From NCBI GenBank assembly GCA_963805625.1, contig CAWDVE010000011.1:96001-160000 (forward strand): DNA of 64,000 nucleotides, read 5' to 3'. Each line of letters starts with the position of its first letter. Within the stretch, counting starts at the first letter, position 1. The DNA is from an uncultured Candidatus Rokubacteria bacterium (lineage in GTDB: Bacteria; Methylomirabilota; Methylomirabilia; Rokubacteriales; DASRDR01). The notes beneath the pieces are model-generated. The model made no database searches and was not told where the DNA came from. It saw nothing but the letters and a program-made list of their open reading frames with translations. Below are positions 59,605 through 64,000 of the stretch, one piece after another. The position numbers were made by a program, and so were the translations under genes.

Positions 59605-59942
59605 CGACACCGCATCCGTCCCGGGCCGCCAGTTCGATGGGGTGCCGTCATTTTGCCCGCGGGCAAAATTCGGCTTCGGGACTCCGCGGCTTTCAAGTCC
59701 GTCCGCGCCTCCGCCTGCCCCAGGTACCGCCCACAGCCGAGGCAGACCGCCACCGGAAAGGGCTTCACCGGCTCCAGCGGGGTCGTCTCGTCCCGCGTCC
59801 AGACCGACTCGGCGATCCAACTCCAGGCGTCCCCCCGCCAGCGTTGGACCTTCCGACCCCACCGCGCCAGCGCCGCCTGCTCCGCCTGCCGCTCCGCCGG
59901 GGTCGGCGGCCGGGTCAGGGGCCGGATCCCGTGGACGCTCAT
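59601..59942 (-). pseudogene. possible N-terminal remnant of a terminase large subunit
   Basis: Follows terS; W.WIAESVWTRDE...VKPFP resembles TerL N-termini, but no ATPase motifs follow. Confidence 0.35.
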
Positions 59943-60035
59943 CCCAGGGTCCGCAGCGCCCGGGCCTTGCGTCACCACGCACGTCGTCGGATGGATCACC
60001 TCCCGCTGGGCCTCCGTCCGTAGCCATGCCTGAGA

Positions 60036-60731
60036 TCATGGGTCCGCCTCGGGCGTCGCTTCGATCACCGGCGGCGCGTCCTCGTCGAGCGTCGTCCCCT
60101 CGGGAAGATAGCCCTTGATGCGCTCGACGTCGCCCATCACGATCGCCGCGAAAAAGCCCTTCGGGAACAGGGGCCGCGCTGGCTCGTCGTTTCGGTCCTT
60201 CAGGAGGCCGAGGTACTTGGAGAGGTGCCCCAGCGCCGCGATCTTGTCGTGGAGCTTCACCCGAAGGTGCCGCTCCTCCGTCACCGTCCTGACCTCACCC
60301 GGCGGCTGGTAGCTCGGCTCGCCTGGCTCTCCGACCGCCGGCGTTATCCGTGTCGTGGTGCGCGTCGTGCGATGCTCGATCACGTCCGCCACGGCCGGTG
60401 CCACGTCATCGGGCAGTTCGGCGCTCGCCTTTAGCACGACCCCCTCGGGGCCCCACGTCGCCACGTCGCCCATGTCGGAGAAGGCGACGCGCCGCAGCTC
60501 CTCGAGCACGCGGTCGACGGTGAGATCGGCCTTCCGTAGATAGGCGGCGATCGCGTCCTGGATCCGGGGCTTACGGAGCAACTCCGACGCGCCCGAATAG
60601 GCGGCCTTGGGCGCATAGCCTGCCGCGATATACGCCCGGCTGGCATTCCCACGGATACCCGGCCGGCCCGCGAGGAAGTGCTGGACGAACGCCCGTTCCT
60701 TGACCGAGAGGCGAGTCCGGGTGCGCGCCAT
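60036..60731 (-). CDS. terminase small subunit
   Basis: LSVKERAFVQHFL, NASRAYIAAGY, ASELLRKPRIQ, VLEELRRVAFSD, VKLHDKIAAL..L.KYLGL. Confidence 0.92.
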   Translation of the reverse strand: MARTRTRLSVKERAFVQHFLAGRPGIRGNASRAYIAAGYAPKAAYSGASELLRKPRIQDAIAAYLRKADLTVDRVLEELRRVAFSDMGDVATWGPEGVVLKASAELPDDVAPAVADVIEHRTTRTTTRITPAVGEPGEPSYQPPGEVRTVTEERHLRVKLHDKIAALGHLSKYLGLLKDRNDEPARPLFPKGFFAAIVMGDVERIKGYLPEGTTLDEDAPPVIEATPEADP

Positions 60732-60890
60732 CGGCGCGAGAGTAGACCGACGCTCGAGAGGCTGCCATTTCTTTTTCGAGGCGGCGAGGGAACGAGGGGT
60801 CCTCAGTTCGGAAAGGAGCCGCCTTCCAGTGCCGGCCGGTTGGCCTGGCCCCGTCGGCAAATCTGCCCGGCGGGCAGATTTCGCCCCCCG

Positions 60891-61322
60891 TCACTGCGGT
60901 GCCCCCGGCGGCCGAGGCAGCGCGGTACCCTGGCAGCCTCGCAACTGGAGCAACGCCGGATCCCGCCGGACCGTGGCTTCGAAGAATCGCGGGGGAGGCC
61001 CGACGGCCTCGGTAGGTGCGATCAGCACGGCCCGGTGGACGTGGCGAGGGAGCGGGCTCGTTACCGGGGCGGAGACGCGACGCTTCCGGGCACCGGGACG
61101 AGGACGGCGGGCGGCGGCCTGGAGCTGGGCGCGCTTGGCGTCGGTCAGCCGGCGGCCCCCGCGGGCGCTCCGGCACCGGTGACAACTGAGTTGCGCGGTG
61201 GGGTGCGTGGGGCACGTCGGAGCGACCAGCACGCCGACTTGAGCGAGGACCCCGGCCTTGTCAGCGAGGCTCCTGGCCGCGTCAAGGCGGCGGAGGATGG
61301 CTTGCGCTTGCGTGGGCGTCAT
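60891..61322 (-). CDS. basic hypothetical protein with CxxH...CxxC motif
   Basis: CPTH...SCHRC...RGG...TDAK. Confidence 0.5.
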   Translation of the reverse strand: MTPTQAQAILRRLDAARSLADKAGVLAQVGVLVAPTCPTHPTAQLSCHRCRSARGGRRLTDAKRAQLQAAARRPRPGARKRRVSAPVTSPLPRHVHRAVLIAPTEAVGPPPRFFEATVRRDPALLQLRGCQGTALPRPPGAPQ

Positions 61323-61864
61323 GCAGGGCTGAGAGTAGGCGAGTCTGCGAGCTTCTGCCATTTCTTTCCGCCGCGCCCGCCACCGAGAAGCGACGCACCC
61401 CTGGCATCCTCGCTCAGCGGCGCTAGATGGCGGAGATGATCGCCGGTGGGGCCAGCTACGGCCAGGCCCCAGAGCTGGTGGTGCGAGAGTATCCAGCTCT
61501 GCCACAGCCGAGTAACTGGATTCTGCCCGCGCCGGCCGAATCGAGGTCCTACGAACGTCCGGTCCGCCGCCGATCTCACGCCGCGCCCGCCACTGGATCG
61601 AGGGGAAGAAGGGAGGGTCATTTGCGACAGCGAAGTCCTTCGTTGGTACGCCAATGGGTATTAGTCGGGCGGCTCATCGAGGCCTTCAGAGCGTGAGTAG
61701 CAAAACACAGGGCCAGCGAAGCCGGAAGAGGCGGCGGCAATCTCAAAAAAGCGAGACTCGTCACAGAGTTGGCGAGGGCCGTCGGTATGTCCGGCTCCAC
61801 CTACAACCGGGCCAATTGTCAGGTTTTCTAGGCAGGCTTACGCTCGCACTGGCGCCGACCTCTA

Positions 61865-63235
61865 ATGCTGATAGCCTCTGCCGGCTGGATCGCCCGAAGA
61901 AACCGGACCCTTCTTGCGCGGCTTTTCCGCCCAGGACTATATCTAACTGGTCTATTCGTTATTCTCTTCATGGCTGTCCAAGCGGTTTTGGCGATTAGCT
62001 CCTTGTACTATCTGGAGGCGACACTGATTGGTCGCTTTCACGTCGGACTTCTGATCGCGATTGCGGCGGGTGCCGTGTTGGGAATAGGTGGCGTGGCGAA
62101 GGCAGTGTTCTCTCTCGTTCACGAGGCAGAGCTGTCAGCTATCGGGGTTAGGTTGTCGAAGGATTCAATACCACGCCTCTGGGCGTTCGTGCGTCGTGTG
62201 GCCGATTCCGTCGGGACTGCGCCTCCCGAGAACATAGTCCTAGGCCTCGAACCAAACTTCTTCGTCACTTACGCGAAAGTGAGGACGCCTACAGCCGCGC
62301 TCAGTGGACGGACTCTCTTCATGTCGTTGCCACTAATGCGCATCCTGGCCGAAAAGGAAATTGCCGCGATCCTTGGACACGAACTTGGTCACTACCGTGG
62401 AGCCGATACGGATTACAGTCTGCGGTTCTATCCGATATACCGGGGGACGTCGAATGCCCTTCATGCATTGAACGCAACGGGAGGCGCTGCCCTCGCTCAG
62501 TTGCCCGCAGTGGCAACCCTCTCCTACTTTCTCGATGCGTTTGCCGAGGCCGAGAAAGGGATTTCACGAGAGCGAGAGCTTGTCGCGGATTCGGTAGGTG
62601 CCGAAGTAGGCGGCCCGGAGGCGATGGCAACGGCACTGGTGAAGGTTCACGCGTACGATGGTTGTTGGCCCTTCCTCCTGTCGAGGATGGTCGAAGGGCT
62701 TGCGCATGGGAAGGTATTGGCGAACGCGTGTGAAGGGTATTCCGCGTTGATTGCTCGCACTAACGATCAGGATGACGTATTTGCGCAGTTGGGTAACCAT
62801 CGGACGAGCCATCCGACAGACTCTCATCCGCCCCTGAGCCTACGCTTGGAAAGATGTGGTTACACCGTCGAAGGGTTGGCCCGGAGTGTCCGCCTGGCCC
62901 ACCCGCAAGGTGTGATCGATGGCCTGGAAGTTCCCTCGGAATGGGAGCGCGAGGCAACGAAGACCCAGTATGCACTCATCGAACGATTTCTAGAGAGTCC
63001 GAATGCTGTTCGCAATGCGGCGGTCTGCGAGTGGTCGGATCTCGAAAGCGAGCAGGCGATCGGTTCTAAGAAGAGCGCATCGATGCCTCATGTCTTCTCT
63101 CGTGGCAGCACCCCGCAAACACCTCCTTCGGTGCAGTGCTGGCGGTGCAAGCAACCGCTGCGGACGAGCGGCGCAAAGCCTGGCGCACACGTGAAATGTC
63201 AATCCTGCGGGACGAAGCAAGCATTGCCACTGTGA
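61865..63235 (+). CDS. M48 (HtpX-like) membrane metallopeptidase with C-terminal zinc ribbon
   Basis: Two TM segments, PNFFV, ILGHELGH, SRERELVAD, DSHPPL..RL, CWRC...CQSC; low GC. Confidence 0.9.
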   Translation: MLIASAGWIARRNRTLLARLFRPGLYLTGLFVILFMAVQAVLAISSLYYLEATLIGRFHVGLLIAIAAGAVLGIGGVAKAVFSLVHEAELSAIGVRLSKDSIPRLWAFVRRVADSVGTAPPENIVLGLEPNFFVTYAKVRTPTAALSGRTLFMSLPLMRILAEKEIAAILGHELGHYRGADTDYSLRFYPIYRGTSNALHALNATGGAALAQLPAVATLSYFLDAFAEAEKGISRERELVADSVGAEVGGPEAMATALVKVHAYDGCWPFLLSRMVEGLAHGKVLANACEGYSALIARTNDQDDVFAQLGNHRTSHPTDSHPPLSLRLERCGYTVEGLARSVRLAHPQGVIDGLEVPSEWEREATKTQYALIERFLESPNAVRNAAVCEWSDLESEQAIGSKKSASMPHVFSRGSTPQTPPSVQCWRCKQPLRTSGAKPGAHVKCQSCGTKQALPL

Positions 63236-63329
63236 CGGAACCCTCATGGGTCGGTTGCTTCGGGCGTGTGTCACGCTCACGACCGTCTACGATGCCGGGC
63301 GGCGGGGAAATAGGGTGCCACAGACTATC

Positions 63330-63386
63330 ATGCTCCAGCGCCTCGCCCAGGCCCTCGGCGTGCCGGTGATGCGACTGCTCGAATAG
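63330..63386 (+). pseudogene. C-terminal remnant of an XRE-family HTH
   Basis: MLQRLAQALGVPVMRLLE-stop. Confidence 0.45.
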
Positions 63387-63402
63387 AAAGGAGGCTATCG
63401 AG

Positions 63403-63654
63403 GTGAAGCGGGCGAGCGAGAAACCAGACGATCTACTGGTCGAGCAGCCTGGGCCTTACAGCCAAGCCGAACTTACCCGCCGACTGAAGGTCGCGATCGA
63501 GAACCTCGAAGCGGAGTTGGTGAAGCAGCAGACGAGCTCGAACACGCTGGCCGGGCGTCTTGAGATTCTGACGCGCCGTCTGCTCTGGTTCACGATCGCC
63601 CTCTTCGTGGTCGCGATTGTCCAGGTGGCCATCACCGCCTGGCCGGTGCGCTGA
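63403..63654 (+). CDS. small protein with C-terminal TM helix
   Basis: AAAGGAGG RBS; LTRRLLWFTIALFVVAIVQVAI. Confidence 0.7.
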   Translation: MKRASEKPDDLLVEQPGPYSQAELTRRLKVAIENLEAELVKQQTSSNTLAGRLEILTRRLLWFTIALFVVAIVQVAITAWPVR

Positions 63655-63704
63655 CGCGCGAGGCCATCCAGTTAAGGCTCCAACGCGCGAAGGAGGTCAG
63701 TCTG

Positions 63705-63932
63705 ATGCTGCTGCTTGCCTATGTGCTGGCGCTCGCGGCAGGAGTAGAGCCATTGTGGCTTCCCATCCTCCGTATCTTGGCATTGGCCGAGGGAGCCGTG
63801 CTCGCCTTAGAAACGGCATCTCGAGGGCTGAGTCTGATCGTTTCACTGATACCCCAATCCGTTCCTTCACCACCGTCGCCGCCTCACTGCGTGACCTGCT
63901 GTCCGGAGCGATCCAGCGATGCGAATGTGTAG
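63705..63932 (+). CDS. small hydrophobic hypothetical protein
   Basis: AAGGAGG RBS 8 nt upstream; hydrophobic N-terminus. Confidence 0.4.
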   Translation: MLLLAYVLALAAGVEPLWLPILRILALAEGAVLALETASRGLSLIVSLIPQSVPSPPSPPHCVTCCPERSSDANV

Positions 63933-64000
63933 CGCGCGATCTCATGGTGTCTGGGCTGTTTCCTCGCCATCCTCACCCTTCCTATCGTCGCGGTCGCCGA

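Larger units (their letters stand above)
53340..64000. mobile_element. integrative phage-like or satellite-like element; far boundary is beyond the window or not recognisable
   Basis: Serine recombinase, primase-helicase, HTH, terminase small subunit; visibly lower GC from about 56 kb; abuts a truncated host gene. Confidence 0.85.

Noticed and set aside
61427-61860. Short ORFs between the basic Zn-motif gene and the M48 peptidase
   Set aside because: No recognisable motif or consistent frame; not called.
1-64000. CRISPR arrays, tRNA/rRNA genes, IS transposases
   Set aside because: None recognised by eye: no regularly spaced repeats, cloverleaf signatures or transposase motifs. A tool-based scan was not possible.

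Overview
Very GC-rich bacterial chromosomal window. The gene families present (adenylate-cyclase/AAA remnants, ABC_sub_bind remnant, many NitT/TauT and sugar ABC systems, PaaK-like hypothetical family) resemble Candidatus Rokubacteria/Methylomirabilota, but that is an inference. Positions 1-53.3 kb hold metabolic, transport and regulatory genes (pckG, aminotransferases, ABC systems, adenosine deaminase-like, htrA, cimA, thiolase/DUF35/CoA-transferase, sigma54 two-component system) mixed with several gene remnants and single-base frameshifts. From about 53.34 kb to the end lies a lower-GC integrative phage-like or satellite-like element (large serine recombinase, primase-helicase with iteron-like origin, HTH, terminase small subunit, M48 peptidase cargo) that cuts off the 5' part of a sensor kinase gene. 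Main highlights: (1) a hidden two-gene selenoprotein candidate operon at 3423-4297, made of a UxxC protein-disulfide oxidoreductase and a tiny membrane protein with GLG-UGA and a SECIS-like hairpin; (2) the kinase-interrupting recombinase element and its repeated palindromic sites; (3) divergent sigma54 promoters in front of a metallothionein and a small CxxC protein; (4) a sigma54-driven dCTP-deaminase homolog lacking the catalytic Glu. All calls come from reading motifs by eye; no database searches were run.
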